Positions 19,897 to 28,799 of a DNA stretch of 62,521 nt are shown here, one piece after another. A program made the translations under genes and the position numbers. Under the pieces are notes generated by a model. That model ran no database searches and was not told where the DNA came from. It saw only the letters and a list, made by a program, of their open reading frames with translations. Numbering within the stretch: the stretch's first letter is position 1; each line of letters opens with the position of its first letter. The DNA lies in the NCBI GenBank assembly GCA_001804415.1, contig MHGA01000027.1:1-62521 (forward strand), given 5' to 3'. Origin of the DNA: Candidatus Aquivivens invisus (lineage in GTDB: Bacteria > Omnitrophota > Gorgyraeia > Aquiviventales > Aquiviventaceae).

Positions 19897-20859
19897 ATGA
19901 AGCGAATCCGGGTGTCGGAACTTGGCGAACCGGAGGTGATGCGGGTGGAGGAGGCTTCCCCGCTCTCGCCAGGGCCGGGACAAGTGCTCGTGCGGGTCAA
20001 GGCGGCGGGGGTCAATCCCGTCGACACCTACGTGCGAGCCGGACAGTATGGCTATCATCCCGAGGTGCCGTACACGCCGGGGGCTGATGCCGGGGGCCTC
20101 GTCGAGGCCGTGGGCGAAGGCGTCTTGCACGTAAAGATCGGGGACCGAGTCTACGGGGCTCGCTGCCTCAGCGGGGCGTATGCCGAGCAGGCGTTGTTCG
20201 AGGCGCTGCATGTGCAGCCCCTTCCGGACTCGGTGACCTTCGCGCAAGGCGCCTCAATCGGCATCCCGTATGTGACCGCGTACGGGGCGTTGTTCCTCCG
20301 CGCGAAGCTCAAACGGCGCGACACGGTGCTGGTGCACGGTGGAAGCGGCGGCGTGGGCACGGCGGCGCTTCAATGGCTGCGGGGGAGGGCGGCGCGGATC
20401 ATCGCCACCGCAGGATCAGAGGAGGGCCGACGCCTCGCGAAGGCACAAGGCGCGCAGGTCGTCCTGGATCATCACGATCCAGGACACTATGACGAGATCA
20501 AACGGCTGACGCGCGGCCGAGGGGTGGACGTGATCCTGGAGATGCTGGCGAATGAGAACCTCGCGGATGATCTGAAGGTCCTGGCGTTCAACGGTCGCGT
20601 GGTCGTGATCGGCTGCCGCGGGACGGTTGAGATCGACCCGCGCCAGCTGATGTGGACGACCGGCTCGATCTTCGGGATGCGGTTGCGTAACGTGACGAAG
20701 GCGGCGTACCGGAAGATCCACGCGGCTGTGGTGAGCGGCCTCCAACAAGGTCATCTCCGGCCGATCGTCGGCAAAGAATTTCCCCTCGCGCAAGCCGCCT
20801 CCGCCCACCGCGCCGTCCTCCAGCCGCCCGCGTACGGCCACATCGTCTTGATTCCCTGA
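19897..20859 (+). CDS. qor: NADPH:quinone reductase (zeta-crystallin/MDR family)
   Basis: GVNPVDTY, PYTPGAD, VLVHGGSGGVG, GVDVILE. Confidence 0.9.
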   Translation: MKRIRVSELGEPEVMRVEEASPLSPGPGQVLVRVKAAGVNPVDTYVRAGQYGYHPEVPYTPGADAGGLVEAVGEGVLHVKIGDRVYGARCLSGAYAEQALFEALHVQPLPDSVTFAQGASIGIPYVTAYGALFLRAKLKRRDTVLVHGGSGGVGTAALQWLRGRAARIIATAGSEEGRRLAKAQGAQVVLDHHDPGHYDEIKRLTRGRGVDVILEMLANENLADDLKVLAFNGRVVVIGCRGTVEIDPRQLMWTTGSIFGMRLRNVTKAAYRKIHAAVVSGLQQGHLRPIVGKEFPLAQAASAHRAVLQPPAYGHIVLIP

Positions 20860-20881
20860 CATGCGTCGGAGGAGCGGGCGG

Positions 20882-21478
20882 ATGACCGGCCTCCTGCTCC
20901 TCCTCACACAAGCCGCCTCAGCCCAGGAGAGCTCACAGACCATGAGCACGATGCAGAAGGCCGTGTTTGCCGGCGGATGTTTCTGGTGCATGGAGGGACC
21001 GTTCGAACAGTTGGAGGGTGTGGTCTCCGTGACGTCGGGCTACACGGGAGGCACCAAGGAGCATCCGACCTACCAGGAAGTATCCGCAGGAACGACGGGA
21101 CATGCCGAGGCGATCGAGGTGCGCTACGACAGTGCTGTGATCAGCTACGAGCAGTTACTTGAGGTGCTCTGGCGCAACGTTGATCCGACCCAGCCCGACG
21201 GGCAATTTGCCGATCACGGCTCGCAGTACCGCACGGCGATCTTCTACCACGACGAGCAACAGCGGCAACTCGCGGAGGCCTCTAAGCAACAGCTCGCTGC
21301 CTCCGGAAAGTTCAAGAGTCCAATTGTCACCGAGATCCTTCCCGCCTCAACCTTCTACCCCGCCGAGGACTACCACCAGGACTACTACAAGAAGCACTCG
21401 CTTCGCTACAAACTGTATCACGAGGGCTCAGGCCGTGCGGGATTCCTGCGGAAGGTCTGGGGGACAACAGGTCACTGA
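20882..21478 (+). CDS. msrA: Peptide methionine sulfoxide reductase A, probably exported
   Basis: AGGCFWC, SGYTGG, GHAE, QYRTAIF, FYPAEDYHQDYY; signal-peptide-like N-terminus. Confidence 0.93.
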   Translation: MTGLLLLLTQAASAQESSQTMSTMQKAVFAGGCFWCMEGPFEQLEGVVSVTSGYTGGTKEHPTYQEVSAGTTGHAEAIEVRYDSAVISYEQLLEVLWRNVDPTQPDGQFADHGSQYRTAIFYHDEQQRQLAEASKQQLAASGKFKSPIVTEILPASTFYPAEDYHQDYYKKHSLRYKLYHEGSGRAGFLRKVWGTTGH

Positions 21479-21482
21479 CGGC

Positions 21483-22085
21483 TTACAGGGCTCGACGACC
21501 CTCGAGCGCGCGGGCGAGCGTCGCGTGGTCGGCGTACTCCAGATGGCTGCCGAGCGGAAGGCCCAGCGCCAGCCTGGTGACGCGCAGGCCATCGTGAGAC
21601 GCGAGCAGCTTCCCGAGATACGCGGCGGTGGTTTCGCCGTCTTTATCCGCGTCGGTGGCGATCACCACTTCCTGCACCGTCCCCTCCGCAATCCGCCGGC
21701 GTAGCTCGTCGATCTTCAACAGCTCCGGCCCGATGCCATCCAGCGGAGCCACGGCCCCCATCAGCACGTGATACAATCCTCGAAAGACCCCGGTTTTCTC
21801 AATGGCCAGCACGTCCTTCGGCTCCTCGACGACGCAGAGGATCGAAGGATCCCGCGAGGCGTCCTGGCAAATCTCGCAGCGGGCTGATTCGGTCAGGTTG
21901 AAGCACACCTCGCAGAACGTCAGCCCTTCCCTCGTCTCGCGGATCGACTGGGCGAGCTGCTGAGCCTGTTCCTTGGGAACGCGCAGCAGATGAAAGGCGA
22001 TGCGTTCCGCCGACCGCGGCCCGATTCCCGGCAGCCTCTCGAGCGCCTCAAGCAATCGCAAAAACGAACGCGCGTAGTTCGCCAT
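21483..22085 (-). CDS. recR: Recombination mediator RecR
   Basis: LPGIGPRSAER, C4 finger CEVC..CEIC, CVVE, YHVLMG, LEYAD. Confidence 0.96.
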   Translation of the reverse strand: MANYARSFLRLLEALERLPGIGPRSAERIAFHLLRVPKEQAQQLAQSIRETREGLTFCEVCFNLTESARCEICQDASRDPSILCVVEEPKDVLAIEKTGVFRGLYHVLMGAVAPLDGIGPELLKIDELRRRIAEGTVQEVVIATDADKDGETTAAYLGKLLASHDGLRVTRLALGLPLGSHLEYADHATLARALEGRRAL

Positions 22086-22093
22086 TCCGGGCC

Positions 22094-23836
22094 TCAAGAC
22101 GTCGCTGGCCTTGACGATTGCGGCTTGACGATCGTCGCGTCAAACAGATTCACGATCTCCTGCACGATCGGCGGCATGGGGGGAGCGGGTGCGGCTGGAG
22201 GAGCGGAGGCCGACGCATTCGCTGCGCTGATCGCCTCAGCCTTGGGTGCGGGCGGTGGGGAGGGGAGATCCGGCAGGGTCGCGTACGTCACGGCCAGCGA
22301 GCGACCGAAGAGCTCGCTCATCACCCCTGCAATCACCCGCATGTTCTCCGGCTCGCTGAGGACCTCCTGGTGCAGCGCCACCGACGGGATGCCGATCTGA
22401 ATTTTCTCGCCGTCGATGCCAAGCACCTTGGCGTCCATCAGGTACGAAGCCAGGGACATTTTCCGCTTCCCCAGGCGCTCCAGGAACGCCTCCCATCGAC
22501 TCGCCACTTCTTCGAACGCCACGAGGCCTGCCTGCCCCCGCACCCCCGAGCTTTCTTGCGAAAGCAAGAATGGGGGAAGCGGCGGGGGCGCAGGCAGGGG
22601 GCTCGCCATCGCTGCAGGATGGATCGTCGCGGCAGGGGGAGGTGGAAGGTTCTCCTCGTCCTCTGAGGGCGGAAGGGTGCGCGCCAGTTGTTCCAGCCGT
22701 TCGAGTGCCTGATCCAGCGACACCCAGGACTCCCTCGTCGCCAGTTGAATGAGGACCAGCTCCGCCACCGCCTGGGCAAACGGGCTGCGGCGAGCCACGT
22801 CATAGGCGCCCGTCAGCACCTGCATCATCATCAGCAGCTCCTGGGCGTTGGTGCGAGCGGCTTGCGCTTCCAGGCGGTTCAGGATGTCCTCCGGCACGTC
22901 GATCAATTGGGCGAGCAGCCGCTTCCGGTCAGCGGCTTTATTGAGCGTCGTCGCCACGAGCAGATGCCGCAGGTGCATGAGGAGATCAGCCAACAAGCGG
23001 CTGACGTCCTTGCCAAGATTCACTTGTTGGGTCAAGAGGGTGACGGCCGTCGAGGCATCGCGGTCCAGCACGGCTTGCGCCCATTGGAACAGGACATCCT
23101 GTTCAAGGCCTCCCAGCAACTGCGCGACGTCTTCTTCACGAATGCGTGCCTCGCAGAAGCTCATCGCTTGCTCCAAGATCACCTCGGCATCCCGGAGGCT
23201 GCCTTCGGCGGCGCGGGCGATGGTATAGAGCGCCGCCTCGTCGACGGCGACCTTCTCAGCCTTGACCATGCGCTGCAACACCTCGACGATCGTCTTGACC
23301 TCGATCCGCCGGAAATCGAATCGCTGGCATCGCGAGAGGATCGTTGGAGGGACTTTGTGTGGCGCGGTGGTGGCGAAGATGAACTTCACGTGCGCCGGAG
23401 GCTCTTCGAGGGTTTTGAGGAGCGCGTTGAAGGCGTCGTGGGTGATCTGGTGGACTTCGTCGATGATGTAGATGCGAAACGCGCCGTGGGACGGGGCGTA
23501 CTTGACCGTCTCCCGCAAGGCGCGGACTTCGTCAATCCCGCGGTTGGAAGCCCCGTCCACCTCGATGACGTCGAGGCTTAAGCCGGCGGTGATCTGCCGG
23601 CAGCTCGTGCAGGTTTGGCAGGGTTTCGGCGTCGGGCCCTTCGCGCAGTTGAGGCTCTTCGCGAGGATCCTCGCCGCGGAGGTCTTCCCCACCCCGCGCT
23701 GCCCCGCGAAGAGATAGGCCTGGCCGATCCGCTTGGAGGCGATCGCCCGGCTGAGGGTGTCGGTCACATGGGCTTGGCCGATGAGCTCCTCAAGCGTCTG
23801 CGGCCGGTACTTGCGGGCGAGCGGAATATAACTCAT
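22094..23836 (-). CDS. dnaX: DNA polymerase III gamma/tau
   Basis: LARKYRPQ, GQRGVGKTS, DGASNRGIDE, DEVH, AFNALLKTLEEPP, SRCQRF. Confidence 0.97.
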   Translation of the reverse strand: MSYIPLARKYRPQTLEELIGQAHVTDTLSRAIASKRIGQAYLFAGQRGVGKTSAARILAKSLNCAKGPTPKPCQTCTSCRQITAGLSLDVIEVDGASNRGIDEVRALRETVKYAPSHGAFRIYIIDEVHQITHDAFNALLKTLEEPPAHVKFIFATTAPHKVPPTILSRCQRFDFRRIEVKTIVEVLQRMVKAEKVAVDEAALYTIARAAEGSLRDAEVILEQAMSFCEARIREEDVAQLLGGLEQDVLFQWAQAVLDRDASTAVTLLTQQVNLGKDVSRLLADLLMHLRHLLVATTLNKAADRKRLLAQLIDVPEDILNRLEAQAARTNAQELLMMMQVLTGAYDVARRSPFAQAVAELVLIQLATRESWVSLDQALERLEQLARTLPPSEDEENLPPPPAATIHPAAMASPLPAPPPLPPFLLSQESSGVRGQAGLVAFEEVASRWEAFLERLGKRKMSLASYLMDAKVLGIDGEKIQIGIPSVALHQEVLSEPENMRVIAGVMSELFGRSLAVTYATLPDLPSPPPAPKAEAISAANASASAPPAAPAPPMPPIVQEIVNLFDATIVKPQSSRPATS

Positions 23837-23852
23837 GCAAGCGCTACAGTCC

Positions 23853-23890
23853 TGTGTAATGTTCCACATTCCACATTGAACATTACACAC
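23853..23890. repeat. Heptamer-based palindrome (CACATTC family)
   Basis: TGTGTAATGTT..CCACATTCCACATT..AACATTACACA; related copy at 26089-26110. Confidence 0.6.
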
Positions 23891-23911
23891 ACGTAGCGAT
23901 CACGGAGCATG

Positions 23912-24005
<94 letters not shown>

Positions 24006-24011
24006 CACGCA

Positions 24012-24470
24012 TTAGGCTCGAGATCCGACGGTCGATTTGCGTAAGATGGCGGCGCAGTCGCCGGCCAACACGCCTCTCGTTACGGTCAGCTTGCGGTTCA
24101 GCCGTTCATTGGCCGGCAGATCAATCGCCGAACCGCAGGCGCCCTGCTTCACGTCATCGGCCCCGAACACCAGACGATTGATCCCGCCAAGCAGCATCGC
24201 CCCCACACACATGCAGCACGGCTCTTGCGTGACGTACAGCGTGGCGTTGGCCAGTTGCTCAGACTCGACGGTGTTCGCCGCCTGGGTGATGGCGATGATC
24301 GCGGCGTGCGCGGTGGGATCCCGCAGGGCTTTCGTCTGGTGATGCGCGCGGCCGATCACGCGGGACCGCTGGACGACCACCGCCCCGACGGGTTTCTCGC
24401 GCGCTTTCAAGGCATCCTGCGCCTCTTTCAGCGCCTCCCGAATGTACTGCTCATCGAGTTTTGTGGCCAT
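24012..24470 (-). CDS. tadA: tRNA adenosine(34) deaminase TadA homolog with catalytic Glu replaced by Ala
   Basis: PVGAVVV, DPTAHAAII (HAE expected), YVTQEPCCMC, GACGS. Confidence 0.88.
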   Translation of the reverse strand: MATKLDEQYIREALKEAQDALKAREKPVGAVVVQRSRVIGRAHHQTKALRDPTAHAAIIAITQAANTVESEQLANATLYVTQEPCCMCVGAMLLGGINRLVFGADDVKQGACGSAIDLPANERLNRKLTVTRGVLAGDCAAILRKSTVGSRA

Positions 24471-24485
24471 AAGGCTCAAATGAAA

Positions 24486-24559
24486 TGCGCCCAAGTGGGA
24501 TCGAACCACTAACCTTCGGCTCCGCAGGCCGACGCTCTATCCAATTGAGCTATGGGCGC
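24486..24559 (-). tRNA. tRNA-Arg(GCG)
   Basis: GCGCCCA acceptor; stem TCGGC/GCCGA around loop CT-GCG-GA; no encoded CCA. Confidence 0.93.
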
Positions 24560-24582
24560 GTCGTCGCTTAGTGGAAGAAATG

Positions 24583-25959
24583 CTAGGATGACTTTCTTTC
24601 AAGTTCTTTCGCCGTGACGCCAAGCTGCTCGATGGCTTTGTCCGGATCGGCGACGTAAAGCTGGCAGAACTTCGTCACCTCATGGACATCACTCACCCGC
24701 AGCTTGGTATGCAGGAGCCGCAAGATGTTCGCCCGGCGGACGGTTTCGGCGATGATGTGCGAGGCCAAAAACCCCGAGGCTTGCGCCAGACGATCACGAT
24801 AGGCGCTGCTGGGGGACGTCTCCACGGCTCGATGGCGCGCGCTGTCATAGGTCCAAACCGGTGAGAGCAACACCACGTTCTTTTCCATCCCGGATGTTTC
24901 CACCACCTCGCCGACGACGCGGGTGATCTGCCCCCAGAGATTCAGCCGCTTCAGGACGATCAACACATCCACTAGGTTCGTGAGCGTCTCGGGGGCGTTC
25001 ATGGGCTCATTCTGCAACCGCAGCAGCGTCTCGCGGGCGGTGGAGGCATGGAGGGTGCCCATGCAGTACTTGCCCAGATTGATGGCGGTCATGAGGTCGC
25101 GCGCTTCCCGCCCCCGGACCTCGCCGATGATGATGCGGTCGGGCCGCATCCGGAGGCTGTTCTTCACCAGGGCCTCCATGGTGAGGCTGCCGGAGCTCTC
25201 GAGTCGCGAACAGGCCTCGAGGAATTTGGTGTTGAGCTCCAGGGTATCTTCGATCACCACCATCCGGTGGGACCAGGGCACAAAACTCAGCAGCGCGTTG
25301 AGCAAGGTCGTCTTCCCGGCGCCTGGTTCCCCTGAGATCAGCAGATTCGCCGGACGGATCGACAGCCCCTCCACGTAGATCCAGAGCTGGGCCGCTAGCT
25401 CGTAGGTACACAGCCCCTTGTCGATGAGCTCGATGATGCTCAGCGCCCGCTCCTTCGCGCGAGTGATCGTTACCTGGGGGCCGAACGGCGAGCGGACGAT
25501 GTTCACCCGCCCGCGGACCTCCGAGAGCTCCACATCGTTGATCTGCGACAACTCCGCGCGGCCCCCGAAGACGATCAGCTTGTTGACAAACATCTCGAGG
25601 GCCCGGTTGTTGGGAAACCGCTTCTCGGTCTTGACCAGTCCCTGCCCGGTCTTGTGCACGAAGATCGATTCGGTTGAGTTGATCATGATATCTTCCACGA
25701 GGGGATCTTGGAGGAACTCCTCAATGAGCTCGTAGGAGATGAAGGCGCGCAAGAAGGCCTTCCGGGTTGGCTCGTCGGCCAAACGCACCCGCAGCTCATC
25801 GCCTAACTCGCCCGACACATCATCCAAGGCGTCCGCGGCCAGCGCATGCCGCTCCTGCTGGTCTTGGATCAGCGTCATCTTGCCCCGGAGGCGGTCGAGG
25901 AGCTTCTCGCTCAGCCCCATCCACTTGGCGTCTGTAAATTGCACGGTTGGGTCGCTCAT
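24583..25959 (-). CDS. Type II/IV secretion or pilus ATPase (CpaF/VirB11/FlaI-like, archaeal-style)
   Basis: Walker A GEPGAGKTT, IEDTLEL, LRMRPDRIIIGEVRG, GTLHA. Confidence 0.88.
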   Translation of the reverse strand: MSDPTVQFTDAKWMGLSEKLLDRLRGKMTLIQDQQERHALAADALDDVSGELGDELRVRLADEPTRKAFLRAFISYELIEEFLQDPLVEDIMINSTESIFVHKTGQGLVKTEKRFPNNRALEMFVNKLIVFGGRAELSQINDVELSEVRGRVNIVRSPFGPQVTITRAKERALSIIELIDKGLCTYELAAQLWIYVEGLSIRPANLLISGEPGAGKTTLLNALLSFVPWSHRMVVIEDTLELNTKFLEACSRLESSGSLTMEALVKNSLRMRPDRIIIGEVRGREARDLMTAINLGKYCMGTLHASTARETLLRLQNEPMNAPETLTNLVDVLIVLKRLNLWGQITRVVGEVVETSGMEKNVVLLSPVWTYDSARHRAVETSPSSAYRDRLAQASGFLASHIIAETVRRANILRLLHTKLRVSDVHEVTKFCQLYVADPDKAIEQLGVTAKELERKSS

Positions 25960-25973
25960 CGATTGCTCAGACA

Positions 25974-26063
25974 CGGAGAGGGTGGGATTCGAACCCACGA
26001 GCCACCTTGTGGGTGGCTACACGATTTCCGGTCGTGGTCCTTCGGCCACTCGGACACCTCTCC
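25974..26063 (-). tRNA. tRNA-Ser(GGA), with C instead of U at position 33
   Basis: CACGA-CCGGAAA-TCGTG anticodon arm, long variable arm. Confidence 0.92.
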
Positions 26064-26133
26064 ATTTTAGCGGAAAAAGCCTTCCTCCTGTGTAACGTGG
26101 AACATTACACCACCCCGATGATTGACACGCATG

Positions 26134-26223
26134 TGGCGGAGAGGGTGGGATTCGAACCCACGAGACCCTTGCGGGCCTACCGCTTTTCGAGAGCGGCTCC
26201 GTCAACCACTTGGATACCTCTCC
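26134..26223 (-). tRNA. tRNA-Ser(CGA)
   Basis: CCGCT-CTCGAAA-AGCGG, long variable arm, encoded CCA. Confidence 0.95.
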
Positions 26224-26241
26224 TACGCAACCTGTCCTAAA

Positions 26242-26329
26242 CGGAGGAGGCAGGATTCGAACCTGCGGTCCACTTGCGTGGACAACGGTTTTCAAGACCG
26301 CCGCCTTAGGCCGCTCGAGCCACTCCTCC
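26242..26329 (-). tRNA. tRNA-Ser(TGA)
   Basis: GCGGT-CTTGAAA-ACCGT, long variable arm. Confidence 0.95.
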
Positions 26330-26342
26330 ACATTCCCCATTC

Positions 26343-27077
26343 CTACAAAAACAATCGCTGAATGAACGTCGTGTAGATCGCCTGCGCCTGCGTCAGGCCG
26401 GTGCCGAGCATCTGGACAAAGGAGAGCTCCGGGGCCACCAGCGGCAGGCACGCCGCTGTGACCACGAGGGTCACGCCGAAGACCAAGCTCACGGCCAGCA
26501 GATAGGTCTCCATGTGCCAGGCTCGACGCTGCTCCTGCAGCTCATCGGCCGTCATGAGCCAGTGGAACGCGAGCGACATCCCGATGGCCACATACAAGGG
26601 CACCTCAAGAGTCGCGCGCTCCACCCACTGTCTCAGTCCCCAACCGACCAGGCACAAAAGCACCGTGTAAACCGGCACCACGTAGGGGCTGAACGCCACG
26701 AGGACCGATCCCTGCGGGCGGCGCTGGCCTTTTTCCGACGGCTCGCGCTTGGTCGTACGACCCGTGGGGGACGCTTTCTGGGGCTGCTCGGTGCTGGCGA
26801 CCTGCCCGCCGAAGAGCCACACCGCCATCGCCGAGAAGAGCGCGTGGCTTGCGCGAAACAGCGCCACCGGCCGATACAACACCACATGGATGCCCACGTA
26901 GGCGGCCAACCCCCATTCAATCCACTGGCGGGCGCTGCCGGCCGATGTGCTGATGAGCCCCAACTGCTCGCGCATGCCCTGCAAGAGCCCGATGACCACG
27001 GGCAGCAGGATCACCACCATCAGCCCCTTGATGAGGCGCGAGACCCACTCGGAGACCTTAGATTTGATTTTGCCCAT
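26343..27077 (-). CDS. Membrane protein resembling M50B-like peptidases but lacking HExxH
   Basis: Multiple TM helices; ...AVWLFGGQV and VAFSPYVVPVY segments. Confidence 0.6.
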   Translation of the reverse strand: MGKIKSKVSEWVSRLIKGLMVVILLPVVIGLLQGMREQLGLISTSAGSARQWIEWGLAAYVGIHVVLYRPVALFRASHALFSAMAVWLFGGQVASTEQPQKASPTGRTTKREPSEKGQRRPQGSVLVAFSPYVVPVYTVLLCLVGWGLRQWVERATLEVPLYVAIGMSLAFHWLMTADELQEQRRAWHMETYLLAVSLVFGVTLVVTAACLPLVAPELSFVQMLGTGLTQAQAIYTTFIQRLFL

Positions 27078-28317
27078 CGAGGTACGGCCGTAAAGGCTCA
27101 GGGATGCGGATGTGCCCGTCGGCCTGCTGGTGCGTTTCCAGGAGGACAATCAGCGTCCGAGCCAGCGCCACACCGGAGCCGTTGAGCGTATGGACGTAGG
27201 CGAGTTTCTTTGAGCCGCGCTGGCGATACCGGATGCTCGCCCGCCGCGCTTGAAACGCCTCAAAGTTGCTGCAACTCGACACCTCCAGGTACTGCGCAAG
27301 GCCCGGCGCCCATGCTTCCAGGTCGTAACATTTCGCCGCGGCAAACCCCAGATCGCCTGATGCCAAACAGACGACCCGATAGTGCAATCCCAGACGCTGC
27401 AAGATCACCTCGGCATCCCGCACCAATCGTTCGTGCTCTTCGTAGGACGTCTCAGGGGTCGCAAGCTTCACCAGCTCCACCTTGTCGAACTGATGGACGC
27501 GGATGAGCCCCTTGGTGTCTTTCCCGTACGATCCCGCCTCCCGCCGGAAACACGGGGTGTACGCCGTATACTTCAGCGGGAGCCGCTCTTCCTCAAGGAT
27601 GTCGTCTCGGTGCAGATTCGTGACCGGGACCTCCGCGGTGGGAATCAAGAAGAGGTCGTCATCCTTGAGCCGGTACATATCCTCCTCGAACTTCGGGAGC
27701 TGCCCGGTGCCGAACATCGAGGCGCGATTGACCAACGCCGGCGGCCAGACCTCGGTGTAGCCGTGTTCCTTGGTCTGCACATCGAGCATCCATTGGATCA
27801 ACACCCGCACCAGCCTCGCGCCTCGATCGATGAACAACGGGAAATGCGACCCGGCGATTTTGGCCGCCCGCTCAAGATCCAGCAGTCCGAGGGCCGCTCC
27901 CAACTCCATGTGGGTTTTCGGCGAAAAGCTGAACGTCGAAGGGGTGCCGTGCGTGCGCACGACCTGATTGTGACTCGCATCGCCCGAGGGGACGGACTCA
28001 TGCGGGATGTTGGGCACATACGACAGCTTGGAAACGATCTCTTCCTCAACAGCTCTCAGCTGCTGTTCGTCCTGGGCGATCTGATCCGAGAGCTGCTTCA
28101 GCGTGGCAGGCGGTGCGGCAAGTCCTTTGGTTTTCTGGCGCGCGAACTCCTCCGAGCCGCGCTTCAGCGCCTGCCGAGCTCCTTCGATGGTGCCGATCAG
28201 GGTCCGACGGGTCTGCTCCAATTCAAGGAGCGCATCAAGCGACAGCGTCAGGCCTCGACGCCTGATGGCCTCGCGGATGACTTCCGGTTGTTCACGCAGT
28301 AATCTCAAGTCCAACAT
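27058..28317 (-). CDS. serS: Seryl-tRNA synthetase
   Basis: MLDLRLLR, PNIPHESVP, LIPTAEVP, CFRREAGS, RVHQFDKVE, EVSSCSN, TLNGSG. Confidence 0.97.
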   Translation of the reverse strand: MLDLRLLREQPEVIREAIRRRGLTLSLDALLELEQTRRTLIGTIEGARQALKRGSEEFARQKTKGLAAPPATLKQLSDQIAQDEQQLRAVEEEIVSKLSYVPNIPHESVPSGDASHNQVVRTHGTPSTFSFSPKTHMELGAALGLLDLERAAKIAGSHFPLFIDRGARLVRVLIQWMLDVQTKEHGYTEVWPPALVNRASMFGTGQLPKFEEDMYRLKDDDLFLIPTAEVPVTNLHRDDILEEERLPLKYTAYTPCFRREAGSYGKDTKGLIRVHQFDKVELVKLATPETSYEEHERLVRDAEVILQRLGLHYRVVCLASGDLGFAAAKCYDLEAWAPGLAQYLEVSSCSNFEAFQARRASIRYRQRGSKKLAYVHTLNGSGVALARTLIVLLETHQQADGHIRIPEPLRPYLDGQNQI

Positions 28318-28325
28318 GCTGATCC

Positions 28326-28757
28326 CTAGACATCCAGCACGACCATCGCTTCCCACCCCCTGGGGGTGTGCTCGACCCGAAGCCGGTGGAAGGTCACCGC
28401 TTTCACGTCCACCTTCAACGCATGTCTCTTGGGGTTGACCGGTTCTCCTGAGACGACCGCATCCAGCACGAGGCAACGACCATGTCGCTCCACGCGGAGC
28501 CTGTCGGGACGCAGGAGCAGGCGCTCGGCGTCCTTGTAATAAATCAACTCCTGGAGGAAATTGACCAGCAGCAGATCTTCGGCCTCGTCTTCCACATGGA
28601 TGGATTTCGTGGTCGTGCGATCGATCGTCCCCAGATCATCGACCATGGCGTTCATGGTCGCATCCGCCGCCGAGGTCAAGAGCTCCTCCAGACTTTGGCC
28701 GGTGGCTCGGAAGGCCACATCGGCAATGGCCACCTCCTCCAAAAACTCATAGGGCAT
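28326..28757 (-). CDS. Archease
   Basis: YEFLEEVAIADVAF, DVKAVTFH, terminal VLDV. Confidence 0.9.
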   Translation of the reverse strand: MPYEFLEEVAIADVAFRATGQSLEELLTSAADATMNAMVDDLGTIDRTTTKSIHVEDEAEDLLLVNFLQELIYYKDAERLLLRPDRLRVERHGRCLVLDAVVSGEPVNPKRHALKVDVKAVTFHRLRVEHTPRGWEAMVVLDV

Positions 28758-28799
28758 GACGCCCGCTCGCACGCATGAAGCCGTCGGCGTCAGAGGCGC

